Program-made: the position numbers and the translations under genes
Notes under the pieces: model-generated
Told to the model about the DNA's origin: nothing
The model's database searches: none
The model's input: only the letters and a program-made list of their open reading frames with translations
Source of the DNA: Vulcanimicrobiota bacterium
GTDB taxonomy: Bacteria; Vulcanimicrobiota; Vulcanimicrobiia; Vulcanimicrobiales; Vulcanimicrobiaceae
Assembly: GCA_963795855.1 (NCBI GenBank)
Contig: CAWCIZ010000006.1
Span: 32,001-96,000, forward strand
Reading direction: 5' to 3'
DNA length: 64,000 nucleotides
Shown here: one piece after another, positions 20,815-32,973 of the stretch
Layout: each line of letters starts with the position of its first letter
Numbering within the stretch: the stretch's first letter is position 1

Positions 20815-21916
20815 TTAGGCGGCTCCGGTGACGCGCTCGATCAGCGGGCGAAGCATCCAGCTGTTTCGGCGCATAAGCGCCGCGGCGGTTCGGGCTACGA
20901 AACGGGAACCGATGATGCGGCCGATCCGCCGCGATGCCCTCGAGCGTGCGCGGATCTCGCGTCCCGCGCGAACCTCATACGACCAGAGATTGCCGGCAAC
21001 CACGGATTCCGCAGCAATTCTCGCGCACCGAAGCGCGAGATAGACGCCTTGCCCCGTGAACGGATCGAGAAAGCACGCCGCATCACCGACGAGCGCGACG
21101 CTTCCCCGCGTGAGCCGGCGCGCGCGATGCGCGAGCGGTCCGATTGCCACGCGCTTGCCTTCAGGCTGCGCGCCGTCGAGCAACGCGCCGGCGAGGCTCG
21201 CGAGCGCGCGTTTGCGCGAAAGCGTCGACGTCGTGCTGATGGTTCTTGAGATCCCGCTCGTCGACGATGAGCATGACGTTCGCGGTGTCGTCGCTGAGCG
21301 GATTCACCGCGACGTAACCCGTGCCGTGCACGAACATGTCGATGTACTCGTCCAATGCGGGCAGTTCGCGGTAATGACCGCCGAGCGCGAACCGCGATCC
21401 GCTCGGCCGTTCGCGCGACAGACCGCATTTTCGCGCCACCAGTGAATGCAAGCCGTCCGCCGCGATCACGGTCGCGGCTTCGACGTGCTGCAGCGCACCA
21501 TCCGGGAGCCGAAGCGCGACACGCGGACAACGGCCGCCTTCGATACAATCTTCCACGCGCGCGCGAACGACCGCCGCGCCGGCCGAACGGGCTGCATCCA
21601 GCAGCGCGTCGTCGAGCACCGCGCGCGGCAGAGACCAGCCGGGAGAGGAAAATTCGATTTGCGCGCGCACGCCGTGTCCGTGCAAACGAACGCCGCGCAC
21701 GGGACGAGCTTGCGGGAAAAGGCGGCCGGCTACGCCGAGTTCGCGCAGCAACTGCACCGTACCGGCGCTCAGATACTCACCGCACGCCTTCGTTCTTGGA
21801 AAAATACTGCGCTCGACGATGCAGACGCGAAGACCGGCGCGCGCGAGCAGCAGACCGGCCGTGGCACCCGCGGGGCCTCCTCCGGCGATGAGGACCTGTG
21901 CTGCTTCGGAAGTCAG
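20815..21916 (-). CDS. FAD-dependent oxidoreductase, geranylgeranyl reductase/flavin monooxygenase-like (apparent frameshift near 21200)
   Basis: IAGGGPAG, FPRTKACGE, IAADG, then LVGDAACFLDPFTGQG in the next frame; no canonical start, CTG at 21916 overlaps the ferredoxin stop. Confidence 0.85.
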
Positions 21917-22155
21917 CCCTTGAAGTACTCCGCGTTGACTTCTATGAAGTTCTGCCACTTCTCCGGCACGTCGGAATCGGCGAAGATGGCTTCGACGGGA
22001 CAGGCGGAAACGCAGGCGCCGCAGTCGATGCAAACTTCGGGATCGATGTACAGCATCTCGTCTTCATCCTTTCCGTGTATGCAATCGACCGGACACACGT
22101 CGACGCACGACTTGTCCTTGGTTCCGATGCACGGTTCGGTGATGACGTAAGACAT
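21913..22155 (-). CDS. 7Fe-type ([3Fe-4S][4Fe-4S]) ferredoxin
   Basis: YVITEPC...CVDVCPVDCI...CIDCGACVSACPVEAI. Confidence 0.93.
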   Translation of the reverse strand: MSYVITEPCIGTKDKSCVDVCPVDCIHGKDEDEMLYIDPEVCIDCGACVSACPVEAIFADSDVPEKWQNFIEVNAEYFKG

Positions 22156-22279
22156 GATGGTTCTCGTTCGTCCTTATTGCTTTGGAAACGCTCGGCCCGC
22201 AGCAGGCTGTGATATACAGGGCTCCTCCAGTGAACGCCTTCCCGCAAGGCGTTTCAACGGCAAGAGTAGCACGGGCCGT

Positions 22280-22534
22280 TCAGGCGATGGTCCGGCGACC
22301 CGCAGTTGCCCGAATGACCAGGATGATGACGAACGCGCCGATGGCCGCGCTGGCGATACTCCAGCCGTTGTAGTCGTCCAACGGCGGCTTGTGCCCGAAC
22401 AACTTGTAGATGAAGCCGCCCAGAAGACCGCCGACGATTCCCGCGAGCGTATCGCCGCCGACTCCGGGCGAATCCGGCACGATGTACCGGGCGAGCACTC
22501 CGACGCAGAGGCCGGCTATGGCTTCCACCAGCAT
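22280..22534 (-). CDS. GlsB/YeaQ/YmgE (transglycosylase-associated) stress membrane protein
   Basis: Small Gly-rich three-helix pattern: GVLARYIVP...GIVGGLLGG...AAIGAFVII. Confidence 0.8.
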   Translation of the reverse strand: MLVEAIAGLCVGVLARYIVPDSPGVGGDTLAGIVGGLLGGFIYKLFGHKPPLDDYNGWSIASAAIGAFVIILVIRATAGRRTIA

Positions 22535-22588
22535 GGCTGAAGATTTCTTTCCCGTGCGGCGAACGCTCAAGCAGATGGAGGGCCACCG

Positions 22589-23287
22589 ATGACTCGAGTA
22601 CTAGCAGCGGCAACGCTTTTTGCGCTCCTTGCAGCCCCGGCTGCTGCGGCCACGCCGACGCAGATTACCGTAACGGCGGAGGGCCGCTCGAACACCCTGC
22701 CCGACATGGCGAGCGCCGCGTTCACGATTTCAACCAACGCGTCCGACGCCGCCGCGGCCACGTCGGACAACAACTCGCGCTACGAACGCCTGCTTCACGC
22801 TTTCTCGGGCCTGGGCATTGCGCAAGGCGACGTACGCACGACCTCGTTCAATATGAATTACAATGCTCCGCCGGCACCGCCGGACACGCCGCAGCCGGGT
22901 CAGCGCTACGGGTACTTCGTCTACCGCGGCGTCAGCGTTACGATCCGCCGGCTGGCTCTCGTCGGCAAAACCGTCGATGCGGCGCTTGCCTCCGGCGTAA
23001 CTGATTTGAACGGGGTCGCCTTCGATACGAGCGACGGCGCGGGGCAGTTCGCGCGAGCCTTGAGCGATGCCGTCAAGCGCGCCCGCGCGCACGCTGAGGC
23101 GATGGCCGGCGCCGCCGGGCTGCATGTCGTGCGCGTGCGTAGCATGCAGGAAGGCGCGCCGTCGCGGCCGGTTCCGATGATGGAAGCGGCGGTCTTTCGC
23201 GCAGCTCCGAATGCCGTTCCGACGCAAATCCAGCCCAGTTCCGTCGAAACCACCGCAACCGTAACCATCACGTATGACGCGCAATGA
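22589..23287 (+). CDS. SIMPL (DUF541/YggE-like) periplasmic protein
   Basis: Signal peptide, ITVTAEG...PDMA, ALSDAVKRARAHAEAMA, C-terminal ATVTITY; GGAGG RBS. Confidence 0.88.
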   Translation: MTRVLAAATLFALLAAPAAAATPTQITVTAEGRSNTLPDMASAAFTISTNASDAAAATSDNNSRYERLLHAFSGLGIAQGDVRTTSFNMNYNAPPAPPDTPQPGQRYGYFVYRGVSVTIRRLALVGKTVDAALASGVTDLNGVAFDTSDGAGQFARALSDAVKRARAHAEAMAGAAGLHVVRVRSMQEGAPSRPVPMMEAAVFRAAPNAVPTQIQPSSVETTATVTITYDAQ

Positions 23288-23321
23288 AACCGGCGAGCGC
23301 GCAAAGGGTAGCACCTAACAC

Positions 23322-25274
23322 ATGACCACGACGTGCGAAATCTGCGGGCAGAACCCCGCCACCGTTTCGGATCCGGGTTCGCTGCAGGCGCGGTATTGCG
23401 CCGTCTGCGCGGTCAAACGGCAAGCAACCAAAGCTGCGCTGCCCTATCTCGGCGCGGCGCTTACCGCAGCGGCGCTGCTCGCGGGCGGCGCGATTCTCAT
23501 CGACAAGATGAGCGAGCGCGACCGCGGCGGTTCGGCCGGGAACCCGCTCGAGGACTGGACGCGGCGACTGCGCAACGCAACGCCGACGCTCGCCGCGTTT
23601 TCGCGGGATCTGACCGATCTGGCGCGCAGCGCCAAGCTCGATCCGGTCATCGGCCGCGACGACGAAGTCGAGCGGGTCGTGTCGATTCTTGCGCGCCGCA
23701 GTAAAAATAATCCGGTTCTCGTAGGCGAGCCGGGCGTCGGAAAGACCGCGATCGTCGAAGGGTTGGCGCAGCGCATCGTGGCCGGCAACGTGCCCGAACC
23801 GCTGCGCAACAAACGCGTTCTCGCGCTTTCGCTCGGTCCGCTCGTCGCCGGAACGAAGTACCGCGGCGAGTTCGAAAGCCGCGTCAAGAAAATTCTCGAC
23901 GAGGTGCGCAAGGCGGCACGCGACGTCATTCTCTTCATCGACGAACTGCATACGCTGGTCGGGGCGGGCGCCGCCGAAGGCGCGCTCGATCTCAGTTCGA
24001 TGATCAAGCCGGAGCTCGCGCGAGGCGATCTGCAGTGCATCGGCGCGACGACCTTCGACGAGTACCGCAAATACATCGAATCGGATGCGGCGCTCGAACG
24101 GCGCTTTCAGCCGGTAATGGTCGACGAACCATCGATAGAACAAACCGTTGCCATTTTGCGCGGCCTGCGCAAGCGTTATGCCGACCATCACAACGTCACG
24201 ATCAGCGACGAGGCCGTTCAAGCGGCGGCAGCGCTTTCGGCGCGCTACATCGCGGATCGCTTTCTGCCGGACAAGGCCATCGATCTGATGGACGAAGCTG
24301 CAGCGACCGTGGCGCTGCGCAACAAAGGGGAAGTCGCGGCGCCGCGCGTGACCGCGGACGACGTCGCGGCCGTGGTTACGAAGTGGACGGGAATACCGCA
24401 ATCGACGCTTTCGGAATCGCAAGCGAATAATTTGCTCTCGCTGGAAACGACGCTCTCGAAGCGCGTCATCGGACAGCGCCAGGCTATCTCCGCGGTGAGT
24501 GAAGCGATCCGCCGCGCGCGCGCCGGACTGCACGATCCGCATAAGCCGCTCGGAAGCTTCCTGTTCATGGGGAGCAGCGGCGTAGGCAAGACGGAACTCG
24601 CCAAAGCGTTGGCCGAAGCGCTCTTCGGCACCGAAGAGGCGCTCGTGCGGATCGATCTCTCCGAATTCACCGAAGCGCACACTATTTCGCGACTGCTCGG
24701 CGCACCGCCGGGATACCAAGGTCACGACGAACCCGGACAGTTGACCGAACCGGTTCGCCGCCGGCCCTATTGCGTCGTGCTGTTCGACGAACTCGAAAAA
24801 GCGCACCCGGACGTCGCGGCCGTGCTGCTGCAGATCCTCGACGACGGCCGCGTCACCGACGCGAAAGGCCGCACGATCGATTTCCGTCATGCGCTCATCA
24901 TCATGACGACCAACGTCGAAGACGACGAACTTTCGGCCGCGTTCCGCCCGGAGTTCCTCAACCGCATCGACGACGTCGTGCGCTTCAACGATTTACAACT
25001 CGGCGACATCGAGCAGATCGTCGCGATCCACGTTGAAGCGCTCGCCGAGCGTCTAGGCGCGCGCGACGTGAACCTTCAGCTCGACGAAGGCGCGCGGCAG
25101 TTCCTGGCGCGTGAGGCGATGAGCGCCGGCAACGGCGCGCGTTACGTGCACCGCATCGTCGCGCGGCACGTCAGCACGCCCCTCTCTACGGCAATATTGC
25201 GCGGAGAGTTGCCGAAAGGTTCGCGCGCCAGCGTCGAATTCTCCGGCGGCGCGCTCGTGGTGAAAGCGGCTTAA
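23322..25274 (+). CDS. Hsp100/Clp double-AAA+ ATPase with N-terminal Zn finger and hydrophobic helix
   Basis: [68 protein letters not shown]. Confidence 0.93.
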   Translation: MTTTCEICGQNPATVSDPGSLQARYCAVCAVKRQATKAALPYLGAALTAAALLAGGAILIDKMSERDRGGSAGNPLEDWTRRLRNATPTLAAFSRDLTDLARSAKLDPVIGRDDEVERVVSILARRSKNNPVLVGEPGVGKTAIVEGLAQRIVAGNVPEPLRNKRVLALSLGPLVAGTKYRGEFESRVKKILDEVRKAARDVILFIDELHTLVGAGAAEGALDLSSMIKPELARGDLQCIGATTFDEYRKYIESDAALERRFQPVMVDEPSIEQTVAILRGLRKRYADHHNVTISDEAVQAAAALSARYIADRFLPDKAIDLMDEAAATVALRNKGEVAAPRVTADDVAAVVTKWTGIPQSTLSESQANNLLSLETTLSKRVIGQRQAISAVSEAIRRARAGLHDPHKPLGSFLFMGSSGVGKTELAKALAEALFGTEEALVRIDLSEFTEAHTISRLLGAPPGYQGHDEPGQLTEPVRRRPYCVVLFDELEKAHPDVAAVLLQILDDGRVTDAKGRTIDFRHALIIMTTNVEDDELSAAFRPEFLNRIDDVVRFNDLQLGDIEQIVAIHVEALAERLGARDVNLQLDEGARQFLAREAMSAGNGARYVHRIVARHVSTPLSTAILRGELPKGSRASVEFSGGALVVKAA

Positions 25275-25621
25275 GCTTCCGCGAGCGGCTCTTTGCTGCC
25301 GGGCGCAGCCGTGACGACGGTCAGCAGCGTCACTAGGCCCGTTATTTCAAAAATGCGGCGCAGGTTCGGCGGCACGACGACCACGATGTCGCGGGCATCG
25401 CCTCCCGCGTCGATGAATCCGCGCCGATAACGCATCAACACCGCAACGATCGACGAGTCGAGCAGCGTCGCGTTCCGCAAATCGATCGCGAGCCGGTCGA
25501 TCGTTTCGGGCGGCGGAAATGCGGACGCGAACTCATCTCGACGGAACACGTCGAGATCGCCGGAAAACTCCAACCGCACAGTGCGCTGATCGCTCAAGTC
25601 AGGTGCTCTCCACTGCCGCAT
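25271..25621 (-). CDS. STAS domain protein (anti-sigma factor antagonist-like)
   Basis: [17 protein letters not shown] (phospho-Ser region), RRIFEITGL. Confidence 0.82.
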   Translation of the reverse strand: MRQWRAPDLSDQRTVRLEFSGDLDVFRRDEFASAFPPPETIDRLAIDLRNATLLDSSIVAVLMRYRRGFIDAGGDARDIVVVVPPNLRRIFEITGLVTLLTVVTAAPGSKEPLAEA

Positions 25622-25668
25622 TCATCATACCGCAGTAGTGGGTCCAATAAACTGTATGGCGAGTCCTG

Positions 25669-26175
25669 CTAAAGAATCCCCTGAATCGCGGCGGCGATCT
25701 GGCTCTCGCTCATCTCGCCGGGAACGATCTTGCGCACGACGCCTTTGCGATCGATGAAGACGTGTACGGGCAGACCGTTCACGTCGTACTGCGTCTGTAA
25801 CGTGCCGTCGTCCACGACGGCGGGATAGATAAGTGCGTATTTCCTAACGAATTGCGCCGCCTTCGACGCGTTTTCCAGTTCGTCCACGCCGACAATCTGC
25901 AGCCCGTCGGCCGCATACCGCTTCTGCAGGGCATTGATGCTTGGGGCTTCTTCGTTGCACGGCGGACACCAGGTCGCGAAAAAGTTGAGGTACACCGGTT
26001 TACCGCGAAGCGAGCTCATCGAGAGGTGCCCGCCCGATGAGGTGGGCTCCGACCACGACGGCGCGACCGCGCCCACCGCGGCGGTGTGCGACGCGGACGA
26101 GCGGCTCGATGCGCATGCCGCGAGCGACGCCGCCATCGCCAACGCGAGGCCGGCGTTGACCGAAGTTCTCATCAA
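25669..26175 (-). CDS. TlpA/ResA-like thiol-disulfide oxidoreductase lipoprotein
   Basis: Lipobox LAAC, NFFATWCPPCNEE, GLPVHVFID. Confidence 0.9.
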   Translation of the reverse strand: MMRTSVNAGLALAMAASLAACASSRSSASHTAAVGAVAPSWSEPTSSGGHLSMSSLRGKPVYLNFFATWCPPCNEEAPSINALQKRYAADGLQIVGVDELENASKAAQFVRKYALIYPAVVDDGTLQTQYDVNGLPVHVFIDRKGVVRKIVPGEMSESQIAAAIQGIL

Positions 26176-27096
26176 CCGAACGCCGGGTAGGCGACGGCGC
26201 GCAAATCGCGATCCATCTGCTCCTTTAACGCTGCCACGGAGTCAAAGCGTTGCTGTTCGCGCACGAACCGGAAGTCGCGCAGGGCAATTTCTTTGCCGTA
26301 GATGGTTTCTTGGAAGTCGCGCAGCCAAGACTTCAACCGTCCGGTGAGCGCCGTTGAACGTCGGGTTGGTTCCGATGGAAACGAGCGCCGCATAATCCCG
26401 CCCGTCGTATCGCGCGGTCGCCGCGTACACGCCGTCTTTGGGAAGCAATTTCGCGGGCAGCTCGACGTTTGCGGTGGGAAATTGCAGATCGTGCCCGAGT
26501 CCGCGGCCGACACGGACGCGCCCGCGAATTTCGTAACTGTGCCCCAGGAGGCGGTCCGCGGTTTCAACCTCGCCGGCGGCTAACGCCGCGCGTATGCGCG
26601 TACTCGAAACGCGCTCGCCGCTTTCGTCCGTCGTATGTTCTACCGGAACGAACGCCACGCCGCTCTGCGAGAACACGCGCTGCATCAGCGCGGTATCGCC
26701 GGTGCGCTTGTGTCCGAATCGGAAGGTCTTGCCGACGACGACGCCCCGCACGCCGAGCGTTTGTATCAGCGTTTCGGTGAGAAAACGCTCCGCGCCGATC
26801 GAGGCGATTGACGCGTCGAACGGCACGAAATAACATTCGTCGAAACCGGCCCCGGCGAGCAGATCGAGGCGCTCTTCCGGCGTGGTGATGAGCGGCGGCT
26901 CGGTGCCGGGGCGCAAAAACGACGCAGGGTGGTTCGCGAACGTGAGCGCCGCGCTGCGCCAGCCGGGCTTGCGCAGGAGCAGCGTTTGACGCGCGATTTC
27001 ACCGTGTCCGCGGTGCATGCCGTCAAAAAAACCGATTGCCGCGACGAGCGGGCGAGATTGCGCGTCGCGCGCTTGCAGCGCGTGATGAACTTTCAC
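26172..27096 (-). CDS. ribF: Bifunctional riboflavin kinase/FAD synthetase (apparent frameshift near 26327)
   Basis: GFFDGMHRGH, FRFG, VSSTRIR, FPTAN, GTNPTF; C-terminus IYGKE...REQQRF in a shifted frame. Confidence 0.92.
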
Positions 27097-27980
27097 ACGA
27101 ACACTTTCCGCGGCGCAAGCAGAGCACCGTGCGTTTCGCCGACGCCCACGAGCGTTCGCGACTCATCCCGCACGAACACGTGCTTGTCGCCCGCGCCCTC
27201 CGGAAGCGGCACGACGCGTCCCGCACGAAAATCGGCGGAATGCCGCAGGTCGAGCACGATCGTCGGAAACGGAATGATGTGCTCCGGCGCAATGAGCGAC
27301 TCGCGCGGCCGGTCGGCGATTTCTTCGAGCGCTCGGGACTCGTAGAGAACGAAGGGTCCCGATGCTTCGCGCACGAGCGCCCCCATGTGCGCGGGAACCC
27401 CGATGGCTTTTCCGAGATCTTCGACCAGCGTGCGAACGTAGGTGCCCTCGCTGCACGCGATGCGCAGACGCGCTTCTTTCCGTTCGGCTGCGCCGGACGC
27501 AGACCCAAGCAGCGTCAAACCGTAGATCGTGATCGAACGGGGCTTTCGCTCGACCTGCTTCCCTTCGCGCGCGAGTTCGTATAAACGCTTGCCCTGGTGA
27601 TGAACGGCGCTGAACATGGGCGGCACTTGATCGACTCTCCCCACGAATTCGGCCAATACGTCACGCAATTTGCGCTCCCAACCGATCGGGACGACGACCG
27701 ATTCGACGGTTTCGCCGAGCGCATCTCCCGTCGTCGTCGAACGCCCCGGCACGAACGTGCACACGTACGCTTTGCGCTGATCGGTCAGCAGCGGGATAAG
27801 GCGCGTTGCCTTTCCAACCGCAATCGGCAAAACGCCGGCGGCTTGCGGGTCGAGCGTACCGAGATGGCCGACGCCGATGTGACGATCGCGGGAATACAGG
27901 CCGTAAACTCGCCTGAGACGCGCGACCACTTGGGCCGATGTGGGACCGGCCGGCTTGAAGACGTTGACGAAGCCCAGCAT
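27093..27980 (-). CDS. truB: tRNA pseudouridine(55) synthase
   Basis: GHLGTLDP, QVPPMFSA, CSEGTYVRTL. Confidence 0.95.
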   Translation of the reverse strand: MLGFVNVFKPAGPTSAQVVARLRRVYGLYSRDRHIGVGHLGTLDPQAAGVLPIAVGKATRLIPLLTDQRKAYVCTFVPGRSTTTGDALGETVESVVVPIGWERKLRDVLAEFVGRVDQVPPMFSAVHHQGKRLYELAREGKQVERKPRSITIYGLTLLGSASGAAERKEARLRIACSEGTYVRTLVEDLGKAIGVPAHMGALVREASGPFVLYESRALEEIADRPRESLIAPEHIIPFPTIVLDLRHSADFRAGRVVPLPEGAGDKHVFVRDESRTLVGVGETHGALLAPRKVFV

Positions 27981-27984
27981 CGCG

Positions 27985-28230
27985 CTACGGCTTCGAAAGA
28001 AAGAACCGCTCTCCGCGGAAAAGGCGGCCGTAGTAGTAGACGATCGAACCAGCGACAAAGAACGCGAGGCCGAGCGGGATCGCCCGCGCCGCGAACAACA
28101 CCGGCGACACGAAGACCAGGCTGCCCAACAGTGCGACGATCAGCCCGTAGCGCAAGAACGGCGTATTGCGCGACGTGCGCGTCAGGAATGCGATGCCGAT
28201 TATTGCAATCAGAATTGCGATCGGCTTCAC
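27985..28230 (-). CDS. Small hydrophobic membrane protein
   Basis: Three hydrophobic stretches; fills the gap between nrnA and truB on the operon strand. Confidence 0.6.
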   Translation of the reverse strand: MKPIAILIAIIGIAFLTRTSRNTPFLRYGLIVALLGSLVFVSPVLFAARAIPLGLAFFVAGSIVYYYGRLFRGERFFLSKP

Positions 28231-28232
28231 GA

Positions 28233-29219
28233 CTATAAGCCTTCCGCGACCAGCGCTTCGTCGACCGCCCGAATTGCGTCGGTCAAGTTTCCGACGAACG
28301 TCAAGCCGGATGCGCGGAAATGGCCTCCGCCGCCCAGACGCGCCGCGGTAGCCTGCACGTTGACGCGGCCGCCGCTTCGCAAACTAACGCGAATGTCGCC
28401 TTCGTACGCCTTGAAAAGAGCGGCGACTTCAACGCCTTCGACGGACCTGAGATGGTTCACGATCTCTTCGGTGTCTTCGCCGTCCGCCTCGCACTCGCTC
28501 AACATGCGGTCGTCGACGTACGACCAAACGTAGCGGCCGTCGTGTTCGGCCCGCGCTTCGCTCAGTGCGCGTCCGAGCAGTTTGATCGCCGCGAGGCGCT
28601 TGTTCGCAAAAATCTCTTCGGTGATCTGCTCCTTGGAAGCGCCGAGGTTCATCAGTTCGGCGGCAAGCATCAAAACTTCTGGCGTCGTGTTGCTGTGCAT
28701 GAACCCGCCGGTGTCCGTCATGATCGTGGTAAGCAGACACGTTGCGATGTCGGCGTCGATTTCGATCTTCAAACCGCGCAGCAAATGCATGACGCACGTG
28801 CCGGTGGAACATTCGTGCGGAAGTACGTAGTTGAACGCGCCGAAATGGGCGTTTCCGAGATGGTGATCGATGTCGAGAACGTTCTCGCGATCGACTTTCG
28901 GCAGAAACTCTCCGGCGCGCGCCGTGTCGCTCATGTCGCCGAAAACCCACAGCGTGTCGGCGGGCAAGTCCGCCGGCAAATCGCGCGACACGAGCTCCGT
29001 GTCCGCGAGAAAGCGCAGATTCCGCGGCACCGCATCCTGCTGAAAGTAGTGTACGCGCTTTCCTAGCTTTTTCAGAGCCAGTCCGAGCGCGAGCCCGGAA
29101 CCCAAGGTATCGCCGTCCGGTTTCACGTGACTGACCATCACGAACGTCGAGCGTTTATTGAGCTCGGCGACCACTTCTTCGGTGGTTGCCGTGAGCGGAT
29201 GCTGCTCCTGGCCGATCAC
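28233..29219 (-). CDS. nrnA: DHH/DHHA1 bifunctional oligoribonuclease/PAP phosphatase
   Basis: HVKPDGD, IDHH, TDTGGF, VSLRS, GGGGH; GTG start overlaps the rbfA stop. Confidence 0.92.
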   Translation of the reverse strand: MIGQEQHPLTATTEEVVAELNKRSTFVMVSHVKPDGDTLGSGLALGLALKKLGKRVHYFQQDAVPRNLRFLADTELVSRDLPADLPADTLWVFGDMSDTARAGEFLPKVDRENVLDIDHHLGNAHFGAFNYVLPHECSTGTCVMHLLRGLKIEIDADIATCLLTTIMTDTGGFMHSNTTPEVLMLAAELMNLGASKEQITEEIFANKRLAAIKLLGRALSEARAEHDGRYVWSYVDDRMLSECEADGEDTEEIVNHLRSVEGVEVAALFKAYEGDIRVSLRSGGRVNVQATAARLGGGGHFRASGLTFVGNLTDAIRAVDEALVAEGL

Positions 29220-29566
29220 GCGCTCCCTCCGCCGACTTCGCGAAGCGTCTTGCTCAGGTTGATCGCGCGTTCGGTGGAGCGATCCTCGACGAACTGCAAC
29301 TCCGGCGTATGACGCAGCTTCACTTGCTGACCGAGTTCCCCGCGCAAAAACCGCGAAGCGTGCGCGAGCGCGTCCATCGTTTGCTTGGCGACGTGCCGGT
29401 CCCCAATGATCGAGACGAACACTTTGGCATGCTTGAGATCTTGCGTGATCTCGACGCGCGTGACGGTGGTAAATCCAAGCCGCGGGTCCTTCAACTCTTG
29501 GGAGATGAGGGTGCCGAGCACTTTTTGGATCTCGTGATCGATCCGCTGCATTCTTTGCTGTTTCAT
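29216..29566 (-). CDS. rbfA: 30S ribosome-binding factor A
   Basis: LKDPRL, TQDLKHAKVFVS, LRHTPELQF; operon position. Confidence 0.95.
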   Translation of the reverse strand: MKQQRMQRIDHEIQKVLGTLISQELKDPRLGFTTVTRVEITQDLKHAKVFVSIIGDRHVAKQTMDALAHASRFLRGELGQQVKLRHTPELQFVEDRSTERAINLSKTLREVGGGSA

Positions 29567-29640
29567 TTGGAAAGGCGCTCCGGCCGAGCAGTCGACCCTG
29601 ACGCACATCCTATGCTGGTCGACATGCTCCCATCCTGGTC

Positions 29641-29688
29641 GCTATGCGCGCCCCCCGCGCAGCGGGGCCCCCGTTGGGTTGCGTAGGC
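29641..29688. repeat. Structured GC-rich intergenic element, copy 1
   Basis: TGCGCGCCCCCC...GGGGCCCCC...GGGTTGCGTA; same blocks recur at 32622-32693. Confidence 0.55.
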
Positions 29689-29701
29689 GGTAGACGCCGA
29701 A

Positions 29702-32480
<2,779 letters not shown>

Positions 32481-32621
32481 AGTCTGCCTTTCACGTTGCA
32501 GGCGTGATGTTTCCCCTCAGTGAGGGGCGCCTGCACGTACCCTCATTTCATAGGCAGCCTCCCCGATCGCGCTTTCCCGCCGGGGACCCCGGCCGTTTGA
32601 AGAGGCACTGCGCCGCGAGCG

Positions 32622-32693
32622 GCTGCGCGCCCCCCACACGCACTGCGCGTGGGGTCCCCAAAACGACCTTATACATGGGGTTTGCGTATCAGC
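32622..32693. repeat. Structured GC-rich intergenic element, copy 2
   Basis: TGCGCGCCCCCC...GGGGTCCCC...GGGGTTTGCGTA; matches 29641-29688 with longer loops. Confidence 0.55.
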
Positions 32694-32718
32694 ATGTAAC
32701 TGTCACAATTGTAATCCG

Positions 32719-32973
32719 TTAGCCTAGTTTCAACCCGTATTCGGCGGCCGCGGATGCAAGCCCCGGATACTTTTTATTTTTTTCCGCGAGAGCGGCGCAT
32801 TCCGCCGAACACAGATAGACGCCGCGCCCAGGTTGTCTCGTCCGGCCCGTGTCGGGTTGCCACGAACGCTGCCCCGCTCGAACGAAGCGGCGCATGGCTG
32901 CTTGCGGATTCCGCTTGCGGCAGCCTGCGCATTGTCGAATCGGTCCTTCGATGGTCTTGGCGTCCGCGCTCAC
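32719..32973 (-). CDS. ylxR: YlxR (DUF448) RNA-binding protein
   Basis: PIRQCAGCR...GRGVYLCSAEC; GTG start overlaps the nusA stop. Confidence 0.88.
   Translation of the reverse strand: MSADAKTIEGPIRQCAGCRKRNPQAAMRRFVRAGQRSWQPDTGRTRQPGRGVYLCSAECAALAEKNKKYPGLASAAAEYGLKLG

Noticed and set aside
28233..29606. 457-aa extended DHH ORF, and similar upstream extensions of ylxR, pstB, recN and the 57495 ORF
   Set aside because: The extensions overlap upstream genes in another frame; better starts lie at stop-start overlaps or just downstream.
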